Position numbers and translations under genes: made by a program
Shown here: positions 1 to 9,192 of the stretch, piece by piece
Layout: each line of letters opens with the position of its first letter
Position numbering within the stretch: the stretch's first letter is position 1
Origin: Dehalococcoidia bacterium
Lineage (GTDB): Bacteria; Chloroflexota; Dehalococcoidia; Bin125
DNA length: 37,351 nt
Reading direction: 5' to 3'
Assembly (NCBI GenBank): GCA_963663235.2
Contig: CAXXNO010000014.1
Location: forward strand, 1 to 37,351
Notes under the pieces: generated by a model
Databases searched by the model: none
The model's input: the letters and a program-made list of their open reading frames with translations, nothing else
Told to the model about the DNA's origin: nothing

Positions 1-529
1 TCGTCCACGAGCGGACGCAGGACGGCCGGGCCCTGCGCCTGCGGACCATCGTGGACGCGTGCCCGCGGGAGTGCCGCAGCAGCGACGTCGCCCGGCGCCT
101 GCGCTCCGACGACGTCCTCGCCCGGCGGACGGCGCTCTTCGTGCAGCGCCGCCCGCCGGCCTCCCTCCGCTCCGACAACGGCCCGGCGTGCACCGCGAGC
201 GCGGTGCGCTCCTGGCGGCAGCGGCGCGGCGTGACCACGCGCTTCATCGCACCGGGCAGTCCCTGGGAGAACGGGTCTGGGGAATCCTGCAACGGCACGC
301 TCCGCGACGCGGGTCTCAACCCGGAGATCTTCACCACCCGGACCGAGGCCCAGATCCTCATCCAGCGCTGGCGCCGCCAGTACAACCAGGTCCGGCCCCA
401 CAGCGCCCTCGACTCCCGCCCGCCCGCCCCAGAAACGCTGGAGATCCGACCTCCCCACCCCGCCCCCTGGGCAGACCGGAGGGTCGCAGCACTCACTTCA
501 CGACTGGCACAACAATCGGGGGCAGGTCA
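1..529 (+). mobile_element. Right end of a degenerate IS3-family element (OrfB integrase core plus right terminal inverted repeat); continues off the window
   Basis: The frame from nt 3 reads ...LRSDNGP..., ...PGSPWENG.GES.NG.LRD..., ...YNQVRPHSAL..., colinear with OrfB of the IS at 9712-10955. It ends in GGGGGCAGGTCA (518-529), the same terminus as that IS. The stop codon position (ALT-TGA in the other copy) reads TCA here, so the ORF track runs through the IR. Confidence 0.93.
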
Positions 530-735
530 GAAGCGCCTTCGGACCTGGGGGGAGGAACTTAGATTGGGCGAGCCACCAGATCGCCCGCCCCGGCACCGTC
601 TCCGGGACCAGCGTCACTCGGGACACGGCCGACATCGCCATCTCCAGGCCGCGTAGGGCGCGGCCTCCGCGAACCACGACAGCGCTCGCCACGTCGAGTC
701 GCGGGGTACGCTGGGCGAAGACTCTCCCAATACGG

Positions 736-1125
736 ATGACGATGGCCCTCCCGAGTCTCCCCGGTGGCACCGCATCGAAGGTCGCCGACCTCTACGAGGC
801 GGCGTGGACGGTCGACCGCCTGCTGGACCTGCTCGCCGGCGAGATCACCGCGCTGCACCTTGAGCCGCCGGGAGAAGACGGACTCGGCGTCGAGTTCTAC
901 ACGGTCCTCCCCTCCGGCGCGCGCGAGTACCACTCGGTCAAGCGCCAAGCGCCGGCGTCTTCGAGCGCCTGGACCCCCTATCAGCTCACCCACGCCACCC
1001 CGACCCCTGGCCGGAGCGTTCTTGGCGACCTCTTCCGCCACCTCGACGGGAACGACCAAGCCAAGGCAGTGTTCGTCAGTCAGGACAGCGCGCGAGACAT
1101 GCGGGAACTCGCCGAGCGGTCTGCT
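736..1125 (+). pseudogene. N-terminal fragment of a PD-(D/E)XK nuclease-like protein of the type usually fused to a large NACHT/ATPase (defence-like); truncated
   Basis: PGG..SK..D.YE..WTV..LL..L.G....L.LEP.G....GVEF......G..EYHSVKRQ pattern recognised by eye. Protein-like sequence stops after about RELAERS and turns into low-complexity read-through. Confidence 0.5.
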
Positions 1126-1163
1126 GGCTGCCGGCTGAGCGCCCCCCGGCCCCCAGAAGGCGG

Positions 1164-1214
1164 CTTACCTCCTTACCAACCCCCCATTCGATACCAGAGG
1201 TATCGAATGGTAAG
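1164..1214. other. Perfect hairpin with flanking CTTACC/GGTAAG repeats (origin-like or terminator-like site)
   Basis: CCATTCGATACC-aga-GGTATCGAATGG (1184-1210, 12-bp stem); CTTACC at 1164 and 1172, GGTAAG at 1209. Confidence 0.5.
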
Positions 1215-1246
1215 CGCTGCTATCGGGTCGGGGCCCGGCCGGGCCC

Positions 1247-1969
1247 TTACCAGCTCGCCTCCTCCGAGTCCTCCTCGGGGCGGCAGCGCGCGGCGACCGC
1301 GGCGACCGTGGCGTCGGACGGCTCGGTCAGCACGATGGGCGGATCCAGCGTGATCTGATCGATGAGCGCCGCGAGTTTCGTACGGCAGCGGTCCGCTTGG
1401 GCGTGGAGTGCGGCGTCGAGCGGATCGGCGTTGAGTTCCGCCGCGAACGCGGCGACCTCGATCGCCAGCGCGCGCAGCAGATGGTGCGCGTTGCGGACGC
1501 CGTCGCGGAGCAGGGCGTCCATCGGCGGATACGGCCGTTCTGGCGGCGCGGTGCTCTCCATGTCCGTCATGAGGAACCGCAACCCCTGCAGGACTTGGCG
1601 CGCCGCCCCGTCGAGGTATCGGTCGGCCGCCTCCGCCCGGCCGTGACGGGGCTGCCAGCCGTCCAGCGCGTCCTGCAGGCTCTCCACCAGGATGGCGAGC
1701 TGCGTGTTCGTGATGCGCCGGTAGGCGATCCACTGGAGCATGTCGATCTCGGACTCGGCCCGCGTCAGGCAGGCGCGGACGGTCGCGTTGAGCTGATCGA
1801 GCCGATCGGCGTAGCGGTGGAGCTCGGCCCAGCCGGCCGGCGTCAGCCCGCGCCCGATGTCGTCGTAGACGGCGGTGTTGCCGGGTCCGGCCGCCAGCAT
1901 CGCGGCGATCCGCTGCCGCACCGTCATGCGGGTCGCGACCGTGCGCAGGCGGCGCTCACGGTCCCGCAT
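1247..1969 (-). CDS. Hypothetical helical protein, last gene of the phage-like operon
   Basis: 240-aa ORF with normal composition. The ATG overlaps the end of the upstream ORF 1956-2351. Confidence 0.7.
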   Translation of the reverse strand: MRDRERRLRTVATRMTVRQRIAAMLAAGPGNTAVYDDIGRGLTPAGWAELHRYADRLDQLNATVRACLTRAESEIDMLQWIAYRRITNTQLAILVESLQDALDGWQPRHGRAEAADRYLDGAARQVLQGLRFLMTDMESTAPPERPYPPMDALLRDGVRNAHHLLRALAIEVAAFAAELNADPLDAALHAQADRCRTKLAALIDQITLDPPIVLTEPSDATVAAVAARCRPEEDSEEASW

Positions 1970-2351
1970 CGGGGGCCTCCCGCCACACGCCCGCCTCCAG
2001 CGCCCGCAGGCGGGCCTCGAACTCGCTGGTCTCCTGGACTCGGGCCGCCACGGACACCAGATGGGCGAGGGCCCGCGTGCGCGCGATCGAGTTCTCCAGC
2101 TCCAAGGTGTCCGCCAGCGCCAGCTCCAGGACGCGCTGCAGATCCGCGCCCGTGCCGAACCCCTCCAGGGCGTAGGCGCCCCCGACCGTCCCCTCGCGCC
2201 GGCGGCGCAGCCCCCCGAGCCGGCGCGCCTCCGCGGCCGCCGCGCGGGACTCGGGCGCGTGCCAGAAGCAGGCGCTACCCGCGCGCAGGGCCGGCGCCCG
2301 GCAGGGCCGCCCGTTCGGCTTCAGCGCCCGGCAGGCGGGACGGTCAGGCAT
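1956..2351 (-). CDS. Small Cys/His-motif protein (C-x9-C-x-A-P-A..C-x-x-H), resembling phage/satellite small-terminase-associated proteins
   Basis: CRALKPNGRPCRAPALRAGSACFWH...ARRLGGLRRRRE...E.EARL.ALE. Start overlaps the methylase stop. Confidence 0.7.
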   Translation of the reverse strand: MPDRPACRALKPNGRPCRAPALRAGSACFWHAPESRAAAAEARRLGGLRRRREGTVGGAYALEGFGTGADLQRVLELALADTLELENSIARTRALAHLVSVAARVQETSEFEARLRALEAGVWREAPDAGP

Positions 2352-3568
2352 CGGTGGCCTCCCCCGGGTCCAGCGGCACGGCCGCCTCGCCCGTGAACGC
2401 CTCCCAGCGCGCGATCGTCGCCGCCACGTAGCGGGGGTCGATCTCGATCCCGACGCCGCGGCGCCCCGTGCGCTCGCAGGCGATCAGCGTCGTGCCCGCG
2501 CCGCAGAAGGGGTCCAGGACCGTGGCGCCGGGGGGGCTGGAATGCTCGATCGCCCGCTCGACCAGGGCCAGCGGCTTCTGGGTGGGGTGCAGCGGCGAGG
2601 CGGTGGGGCGCGGGATGGGCCAGACGTCGCCCTGGTCGCGCCCGCCGGCCCAGTGCCGCTGGCTGCCGTCCGGCCAGCCGTACCAGATCGGCTCGTACTG
2701 CCGCTGATAGTCGGCGCGGCCCAGCGTGAAGCGGTCCTTGGCCCAGATGATCGTGTCCGACCAGTGGGCGCCGGCCTCGGCCAGGACGCGGCAGACGACC
2801 GGCCACTCTCGAGAACTCATGCAGATGTACAGGGCGCCGGCCGCGTTGGCCGTCAGGCTCGCCGCCCAGGCCCGGCAGAAGCGCTCCCACGCCTCGGCCG
2901 GCAGGGCGTCGTTGATCAGGCGCCGGGCGGGCCTGTCGGCGGCCTTCCCACCATGGGCGCCGTAGGACACGTTGGAGGGCGGGTCGGTGAAGACCAGGTC
3001 CGCCGGCCGGCCGCCCAGGCAGCGGGCGACGAATGCCGCGTCCGTGGCGTCGCCTTGGAAGAGACGGTGGGCGCCCAGCCGCCAGCCGGCGCCGGGGGCG
3101 ATCCCGCTGGTCGAAGCGGGTCAGCAGATCCTGGAGATCGGGCTCGGCGAAGCCGCTCAGCGTGAGGTCCCGGGCCGCCGTGGCACGCAGGTCGATCAGC
3201 AGGCGGGCCAGCAGGTCGGCGTCCCACTCCCCGCCGATGCGGTTCAGGGCGACGTTGAGCAGGCGGGCATCCTCCTCGGCGATGTCGAGCAGGATCACGG
3301 GGACGGTCGTGAGGCCGGCACGGCGGGCGGCGACGAGCCGCTGGTGGCCCGCGATCACGCGCCGGTCGGCGCGCCGCGCGAGCACGGGGTCGACGACCCC
3401 GAACGTGGCGATCGAGCGGGTCAGGGCGGCCAGCTCCGCCTCCCCGATGCGGCGCGGGTTGCCCGGATCGGGGTGCAGGGCCTCGATCGGCAGCTGTTCC
3501 ACGATGAGGGCGGCGGCGGTGGTGGGCACGGATCCCTCCGCTTGCGCGTCGCCGCCCTGGGCGGTCAT
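2344..3568 (-). pseudogene. ParB-N domain fused to an N4/N6 DNA methyltransferase (phage type); frameshifted at about 3095 and catalytic motif altered
   Basis: ParB-like N-terminus (LHPDPGNPR, FGVVDPVL, VIAGHQRLVAAR, LNVALNRIGGEWD). After a frame change: WRLGAHRLFQGDATD, VFTDPPSNV (motif IV is normally DPPY), HPTQKP, VLDPFCGAGTTLIA, GIEIDPRY. The interdomain linker looks shortened. Confidence 0.9.
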
Positions 3569-3813
3569 CGGGACCCGCCCGTCCCGCGCAGGTCCCCGAG
3601 ACCCGGCTGGGGGTGGAGGACGCTCCGATCGCCCGATCGGTCCACGATCAGGAAGCCCTCAGCCTCCAACTGCGTGACCAGCGCGGCAATGTTGACGCCG
3701 ACCGCCGTCGCGATGCGGTCCAGCCCCGGCCGCTCGGCCTGGGTGCCGAGGCGCCACCGCTTCGGGCGGTGCAGCCGCCCGATGGTCTCGCCGAGAGTGA
3801 GCGCAGTCTCCAT
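3565..3813 (-). CDS. Small hypothetical protein (possibly DNA-binding), first gene of the operon
   Basis: ATG at 3813; the stop overlaps the ParB ATG (ATGA). Lies about 50 bp downstream of a LexA box. Confidence 0.6.
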   Translation of the reverse strand: METALTLGETIGRLHRPKRWRLGTQAERPGLDRIATAVGVNIAALVTQLEAEGFLIVDRSGDRSVLHPQPGLGDLRGTGGSR

Positions 3814-3863
3814 GCCGCCATCTCTAGTGCTCGTGCGTGCGTCCATTAGGCCATTAGGCCATT

Positions 3864-3877
3864 AGAACTGATGTTCG
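3864..3877. promoter_or_regulatory. LexA/SOS box upstream of the ParB-MTase operon
   Basis: AGAAC-tgat-GTTCG matches the GAAC-N4-GTTC box of Gram-positives and Chloroflexota. Adjacent to a CCATTAGG x3 tandem (3843-3865). Confidence 0.7.
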
Positions 3878-4149
3878 CATCGTAGGGAAGGCCTGTTCTG
3901 TTAACTCGAATACGCTCAAGATCAGCAAGGTGCGCTTGTTGACTCGGTCGGCGACGACCGACACTGCCGCCGCGCTCGGCTACGTCGCCGCCAGCATGGC
4001 CCTGCCGATGCTGGTCATGGCGCCCATCGGCAGGGAAGAACAAGGCCGCGAAGGTGTCGGTGGCTGCCGAGTCCAGCGAACTCGACTCGCCCCTCCAACG
4101 CGCGGTCTGTGCGGTGGGAGTGGTGGAAAGCATAAATGCCTGCATTACC

Positions 4150-4301
4150 AGAGAAAACGCGGCCGCCCGCCGACTCCGATGCCGGAGAAGATTCCCAACA
4201 CGCCGCAGAACATCGCCCGCGCGGTGCTGACGACGAAGCCGAAGCCCACGGAGGCGTGGCGGTTCTACCGGGAGTGGAAAACGAAGCGGTCCGCGCGCTA
4301 G
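4150..4301 (+). pseudogene. Remnant of a small RGRP...MPE.IP.TP.NIARA.L protein, a type I associate with IS1595-like elements
   Basis: KRGRPPTPMPEKIPNTPQNIARAVLTTKPK...WRFY. No clear start codon; family assignment is from memory only. Confidence 0.35.
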
Positions 4302-4370
4302 GCCCGCACGTGGGGAAACGGGTCTCTAAGCCCCTTCCGCAATCCCGAAGTGTTCGGCTACTTCCCATGA

Positions 4371-4736
4371 TTGGAAAGGGCCCTCAGCACGGAGCGAGCC
4401 GTGCTGAGGGCCGAGCGAGTCCAGCTCTCCACCAGGCCGACCAACCGGATGGCCCTCGCACCCGTCACTGCCGACATGCCGAGATTTCTGGAGGCCGTCC
4501 GACGGTGGATTGCCGAAGCCGAGGGGGATGATCTCGATCTCCTGCTCACGGCTGTAGGCGCGAGAATTACGGCCTCGCGGGAGCAGGCCGAGATTCCAGG
4601 ATCGGTGTCAACCTATGAGAGGGTGGCTCGTGTAGATTTAGTCACCACTGCACGAACATCGGGATGTCTGTTCAATCAGGACGAAAACTCGGTGGGGATT
4701 CCGTTTCGCATTGAGCTGTCAGAGGCGGGTCTGTAG
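4371..4736 (+). pseudogene. C-terminal fragment of a large serine recombinase-like protein
   Basis: Coiled-coil-like start, then ...LDLLLTAVGARITAS....EI.G.V....LVTTARTSG, a tail seen in large serine recombinases. No catalytic N-terminus. Confidence 0.5.
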
Positions 4737-4785
4737 TCCGCCAATCGATGCCGACGCTCGATGTATCCAAGGATCTCGGAGTCCC

Positions 4786-5433
4786 CTACCGCTGTCGCGA
4801 AATGGAGGAATGCCGAACGCTTGAGACGGGTGTTCGTTCGGCGTCCGGCTCGGGATTCGTCATCGGTGGCCACTCGATGGAGGAACCCTCGCTAACGAAC
4901 ACCCAGAGCGGATCGTACGCGGCGATTTCGCGGAGCGAATTCAGATTCGCGGGCAGGCCAGAGACGTATGACGAAAAGGTCAGCGTCGAAGTCTCGTAGC
5001 GGAAAATCCCAGATACCCGATCAGATATCTGTTCGAAGGCGGCCTCTGCGCTCGCAGATTGGAGGGACCAGCTCGTGAAGTTCCAGCCGGGTCGAAGCGC
5101 GCCGACGGTGTTCCATCCTTCGGTCAGAGGAACGTCCCGCGTATTGGTACTGGCTGCGGCCAACATCAAGAATGTGAAGGCGCCGCTTTCGATCGTGAAC
5201 TCACCTGGCGACGGATGCCCACCGACGCTGAAGTGCGTAGTCGCTGCCGCGTCCGGGTCAATTCGGATCAGCCACAGACCATCGACGACTTTGGTGCTAG
5301 CGACCAACTCTCCGTTCTCGTTCCAGGCCTCAATGACTGTTCCGTTCTCTACGGGAACCCCATCGATCGTAGCTCCGACGCCGTCGGCTTCACTGTCGAA
5401 GAACTGGTGTGGGACGCCCTGCGCCCGCGCCAA
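4786..5433 (-). pseudogene. Fragment of a secreted/surface protein (PHQFF...IDG.PV..GT.I.AW domain plus L..GWN repeats); signal peptide cut
   Basis: Begins at ARAQ (signal-peptidase-like site) directly after the DUF262 fragment. Contains LTEGWNTVG and LRPGWNFTSW in close succession. Confidence 0.55.
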
Positions 5434-5445
5434 AGTGGGAAGGCT

Positions 5446-6114
5446 CTACAGAGGCAGCGATCGAAACGCCTCTCGGAGGCGATGATCGTCCGGCCAGAGC
5501 CGTGCGTCGGAAGTTTGAGCGGCGAGGTACGCGATAATCGTGCGGTCTGCATTGGTCGGATCGTCCGCCGACTCCAAGTCGCTGATCAGGTCAACGAAAA
5601 GCTTGTTGTAGTCCTTGGTCGTCATCCGGCAAAGCATCCGGCGGACCAAGAAGCTCTCGATCGCCGCGAGGCAGCGGTCGAGGGTGTCATCCGGGATGAC
5701 GTTGCTGCGGGAGAACAGCCACAGGAGGAGGGGAGTTGACACACCGGCGTCCATCACCTGCCAGCGGTACATGAACGTCCCCTCCGTGGTGAAGGGTTCG
5801 TATTCCTCGAATTGGCGGTAGGCGCCGCCGACCTCGTGCAGATCCACGACGACATCTTCGACTGAGTAACCGTCGACCTCGACGCGGCGGCGGAACGAGG
5901 CGAAGACGTCATCTGATGAGACCTCCGCGCCGGTTCGCATGATCAACCAGTAATTGAGAAAGACATCGATTCGAGGGCGGACCAGACGCCCTTGGCGGAT
6001 CTCGTTGCGCCACCAAGCCTGATCGAAAGCCAGCCACCGCTCCTGGTAGATCGCCTCGGCGTCCAAACCTTTCTGGGCGATGCTTTGGAGCACGAATAAA
6101 ATGTCGCGGACCAA
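5446..6114 (-). pseudogene. Internal fragment of a DUF262/DUF1524 (GmrSD-like) restriction protein
   Basis: WW..EIRQGRL.RPRID.FLNYWL, PLLLWL, IESFLVRRMLCRMTTKDYNKLF, RLWPDD. Both the N-terminal DGQQR NTPase motif and the C-terminal HNH part are missing. Confidence 0.75.
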
Positions 6115-6333
6115 GTGGAACGCGATGAGGGGATGCGCGGCTACTATCTGGAGTACCAGCGTGGGGAGGTCCCTTTCCTGGCGCATCAGCAGCCCTTCAC
6201 CTGGAACCGCGAACGGCTCCCCACTCGGCCTTCGCCGGGCCTGGGAGAGCACAACGTGGAGATTCTGCAAGGGGAACTCGGTCTGGACTCCGAGACCGTC
6301 GCGGACCTCGTGATCCGGGAGATCGTCCATTAG
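6115..6333 (+). pseudogene. C-terminal fragment of a CaiB/BaiF class III CoA-transferase
   Basis: ...RPSPGLGEHNVEILQGELGLDSETVADL... is the typical CaiB C-terminus. The upstream part is absent. Confidence 0.75.
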
Positions 6334-6390
6334 GTGATCGCGAACCAGTCAGGCGGCGCGAAGGGGTGCGTGTCTGATCGGGGAAGCTTG

Positions 6391-7860
6391 CTAGCCCTCG
6401 AAGAGGACGGCGTCCGGCGCCTGATTGACGATCGCGAACCAGAAGGCGTTGTGCCCGTTCAGCCGCGGGAGCGTCGCGCCGCCGGGCCCGTGCAGAGCGT
6501 CCTCGGCGACGGTCCAGGAGCCACCCTCCGCATCGGTCAAGCTGCCGGCGACTGGGTCGGCCGCCACGAACGGAACCTCGCCGGCCTCGTACGCCCGCCC
6601 GCCCAAGCCGTTCCCCGTGGCCACGATCACCAAGTCCAACCCACCGACGGTGTCCTCGATCAGCCCCTCAGCGGCCAGCAGCGCGATGGGGTAAACGCCC
6701 AGCGCCTCTCCCAGCCGCACCACGTACACATCCTCCTTGGACGGCAAGCGGTCGTCCCGCGACGAGACGGCGAAGATCGGTTCGGGGTTCGCGTTGTACG
6801 AGGCATACGCGACGCCGGGACCGTAATTGCGCGTGAATCCCGTTTCGATGCTGAGGACAGTCGAATCCGGGTGGTTGGCGCGCCAGTCGCCCCAGGTCGT
6901 GTAGACGACCGGCAAGCTTGTCAGGCGCAGCCCTTGCCCCACCAGCGGACCCCATGCGGGCTCCCCCGTGAACTGGTTCCAGAGTGTCCGCGTCGTGCGG
7001 TCGTACATCAGCTTGTTGGAGCGGTACAGCAGCCCGCTGGTCCCGAAGCGGTACAGCGCTCCTGCCAGGCGCCCGTCGTAGAGGATGGCGGAGCCGCACA
7101 ACGTGCAGTAAGCGAGTGAGACCGGCACGCCCCCAATCGTGTCGTTGACCATCTCGTGCCAGGCAATGATCCGGATCGGATAGGCTCGCGCGTCGCCGTT
7201 GATCGAAACGCCGATCACCGCATCGCTCTCATTGATCCACCCGTCCGCGTCCTCGGCGGAGACTTGCGTTGGGAACTCGAGAGGCGGAATCCCGTCCACC
7301 ACCACCCCGCCCCAGGCCACCTCACGCGCGTCGATCGTGCGCGCGGAGCTCGGGTCGATGAACGCCGCCATCTCCGAAAGACGCCCGGCGATGAGCGCGT
7401 GTTTAAACTCGACGTAGCCATCGGTGTCTGTATCGGCCGGATCGAGCTCGAAGATCTCGGGGAAGTTGTAGACGGAGTTGAAGGGGACCGTTTCGAACCG
7501 CGCGCGCAGGTAGTCGATGACCTGCAGCCGGTAGGCGTTGGGAAACGCGCCGAGGTCGACCAGGTACTTGTCGATCGCGGGATCGTCCGAGGCGAGAAGC
7601 TGGTCGAACAGCTCCTGCTGCTCATCAGGGATCTCCACCAGAACCAGGCTGTCGCGTTCGTCCCAAAAGATCAACTGCGCGAGGTTTGCCGCATCCGGAT
7701 CGAAGGGCTGAACGGCCTGGCCTGGGTTCTCCTCACTGTCTGCTTGAGGCTCCGCTGCCGGCGGCGCCACGTCCCCTGGGCTCGATGCCGTATCGCTTGG
7801 CCCTCCGCCGCACCCCACCAGCAGGAGCGCGGCCACTGCGAGCAGCCACCGACGTCTCAC
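6391..7860 (-). CDS. DUF3179-family lipoprotein
   Basis: Lipobox LLLVGC; WGGV..DGIPPL, ARAYPIRIIAWHEMVND, YCTLCGS, FGTSGLLYRSNKLMYD, FWFA motifs; 489 aa and intact. Confidence 0.9.
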   Translation of the reverse strand: MRRRWLLAVAALLLVGCGGGPSDTASSPGDVAPPAAEPQADSEENPGQAVQPFDPDAANLAQLIFWDERDSLVLVEIPDEQQELFDQLLASDDPAIDKYLVDLGAFPNAYRLQVIDYLRARFETVPFNSVYNFPEIFELDPADTDTDGYVEFKHALIAGRLSEMAAFIDPSSARTIDAREVAWGGVVVDGIPPLEFPTQVSAEDADGWINESDAVIGVSINGDARAYPIRIIAWHEMVNDTIGGVPVSLAYCTLCGSAILYDGRLAGALYRFGTSGLLYRSNKLMYDRTTRTLWNQFTGEPAWGPLVGQGLRLTSLPVVYTTWGDWRANHPDSTVLSIETGFTRNYGPGVAYASYNANPEPIFAVSSRDDRLPSKEDVYVVRLGEALGVYPIALLAAEGLIEDTVGGLDLVIVATGNGLGGRAYEAGEVPFVAADPVAGSLTDAEGGSWTVAEDALHGPGGATLPRLNGHNAFWFAIVNQAPDAVLFEG

Positions 7861-7945
7861 GCGGCACCCCCATCCGGTCAGAGGACATACGGCCGGCGGT
7901 GCTCGCCGGACGCATAGGGCAGTTTGGCACGAAGAGAGCGACTAA

Positions 7946-7995
7946 GGGAAGATCGGCACTCCACGACCCTATACCAGATGGGAAGATCGGCACTC
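7946..7995 (+). repeat. 16-bp direct repeat upstream of the tyrosine recombinase fragment
   Basis: GGGAAGATCGGCACTC at 7946-7961 and 7980-7995 (34-bp period). Confidence 0.8.
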
Positions 7996-8024
7996 AGCTT
8001 GAGCTTTCTCTGGATGGGTTGGAC

Positions 8025-8790
8025 GTGTCGCCGGTCTCGAAGGAGAAGCGCAAGCGCGCGGCTAAGAGACCAGCCCGACACGACGAGCTGTTCGATCTCT
8101 ACCAGCGTCGGATCGCCGGCCGCGTCGCACCCGCGACAGTGACGAAGTACGCCTGGACGCTCGAACAGTGTCTTCGTCTGGCCGAGGAGCGAACCTCCCG
8201 GCCGGTGAGCATAGCGATGCTGTTGACTGACGGAACGGCGCTGGGATACGTCTGTTCCACGACTCGACGCCCTGGTGGCGGACTCCCCATCTCGGCATGG
8301 ACCGCCGCGCATCGAAGGACGGTCTTGCGGTCCGTGGCCGGGACTCTCGCACCGGAACTCAGGTCTTTGGGCCTGAACGACGCGATCCAACACGTCGATC
8401 TCGCGATCCGGCGAGTGGCCGAGAGGGTGGGCGGTGGATCTCGCTTGCCGGTCGGAACGACGCGGAACAGAGGCCGGCCCGTGCCGTCGACGGCGGAAGT
8501 GAGCTCGCTACTGAACGTCGTAGGAAGCGACGAAGGCTGGGCTGGTCAGCGAAATGCGCTGTTCTACGGAATCCTCGCCGCGACGGGCACGCGCGTCGGC
8601 GCACTTCTTGTACTGGATGGCCAAGACTTGTGTCTGACTCCGGACGGTGCCGTCCGGCTTTCTCTCCACGACAAAGCCTCCGGTGGGCGGTTCGAGCTGG
8701 AACTTCCGGATCGCTTCCACGCACCGCTAGATGCCTACTTCGAGGCTACCAATCTGTCGCCTCGTCTGGATGGCCGTCGTTCCCGGGTTG
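8025..8790 (+). pseudogene. Tyrosine recombinase/integrase, N-terminal two-thirds; truncated before HxxR/H/Y
   Basis: APATVTKY (core-binding start), QRNALFYGILAATGTRVGALL (box I Arg), HDKA (Lys). Ends at a 15-bp tandem repeat fused to the pirin fragment. Confidence 0.7.
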
Positions 8791-9012
8791 GCTGCCTTCG
8801 GGCTGGCTGCCTTCGGGCTGGAACTGGCCCGCGCCGTCGATGACGTAGGCGAAGACGGTGTGACCGGCTGCGACGTCGTGGTCGAAGCGGGTTCCCGCTG
8901 GGAGTGAGACGTCGAGGTATGCGGGGTCCGTGATGACGTCGTGCACAGGACCCTGGACGCCATCGACCGTCCCGGCGATCACGCGGACCGTGGCACCGTC
9001 GGTCGTCGTGAC
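8790..9012 (-). pseudogene. Pirin-family C-terminal fragment
   Basis: GATVRVIAGTVDGVQGPV.D..TDP.YLDVSLPAG..F...V..GHTVFAYVIDG. Confidence 0.75.
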
Positions 9013-9150
9013 TTGCGAAGTCCGCAGGAAGGTCTCGCCAGGGCGCCAGGGCGCCAGGGCGGAGCACCCAGAGAATCCCCTCCAACGTCTTCCGCTTGTC
9101 CACGCTGGTCCGACCCGGGTCCGTCACTTTCCCTGGGAGCAGAGACCTGT
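9013..9150 (-). pseudogene. IS5-family transposase N-terminal (DUF4096-type) remnant
   Basis: LLPGKVTDPGRT..D.R..LEGILWVLR.GA..PWRDLP.DF. Contains a CGCCAGGG x3 tandem (9036-9059). Confidence 0.75.
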
Positions 9151-9192
9151 CATCAGGTCGGGAGAGCATTAGCGCGCATCCGCTCCACAAGG

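Noticed and set aside
2321-3568. Programmed frameshift joining ParB and methylase
   Set aside because: No slippery sequence at about 3095, the linker appears deleted and the catalytic motif is mutated, so pseudogenisation is simpler.
5446-6330. Single 294-aa gene as in the ORF track
   Set aside because: The first ~70 codons are the antisense of a CaiB fragment; the ORF is a chance fusion across a junction.
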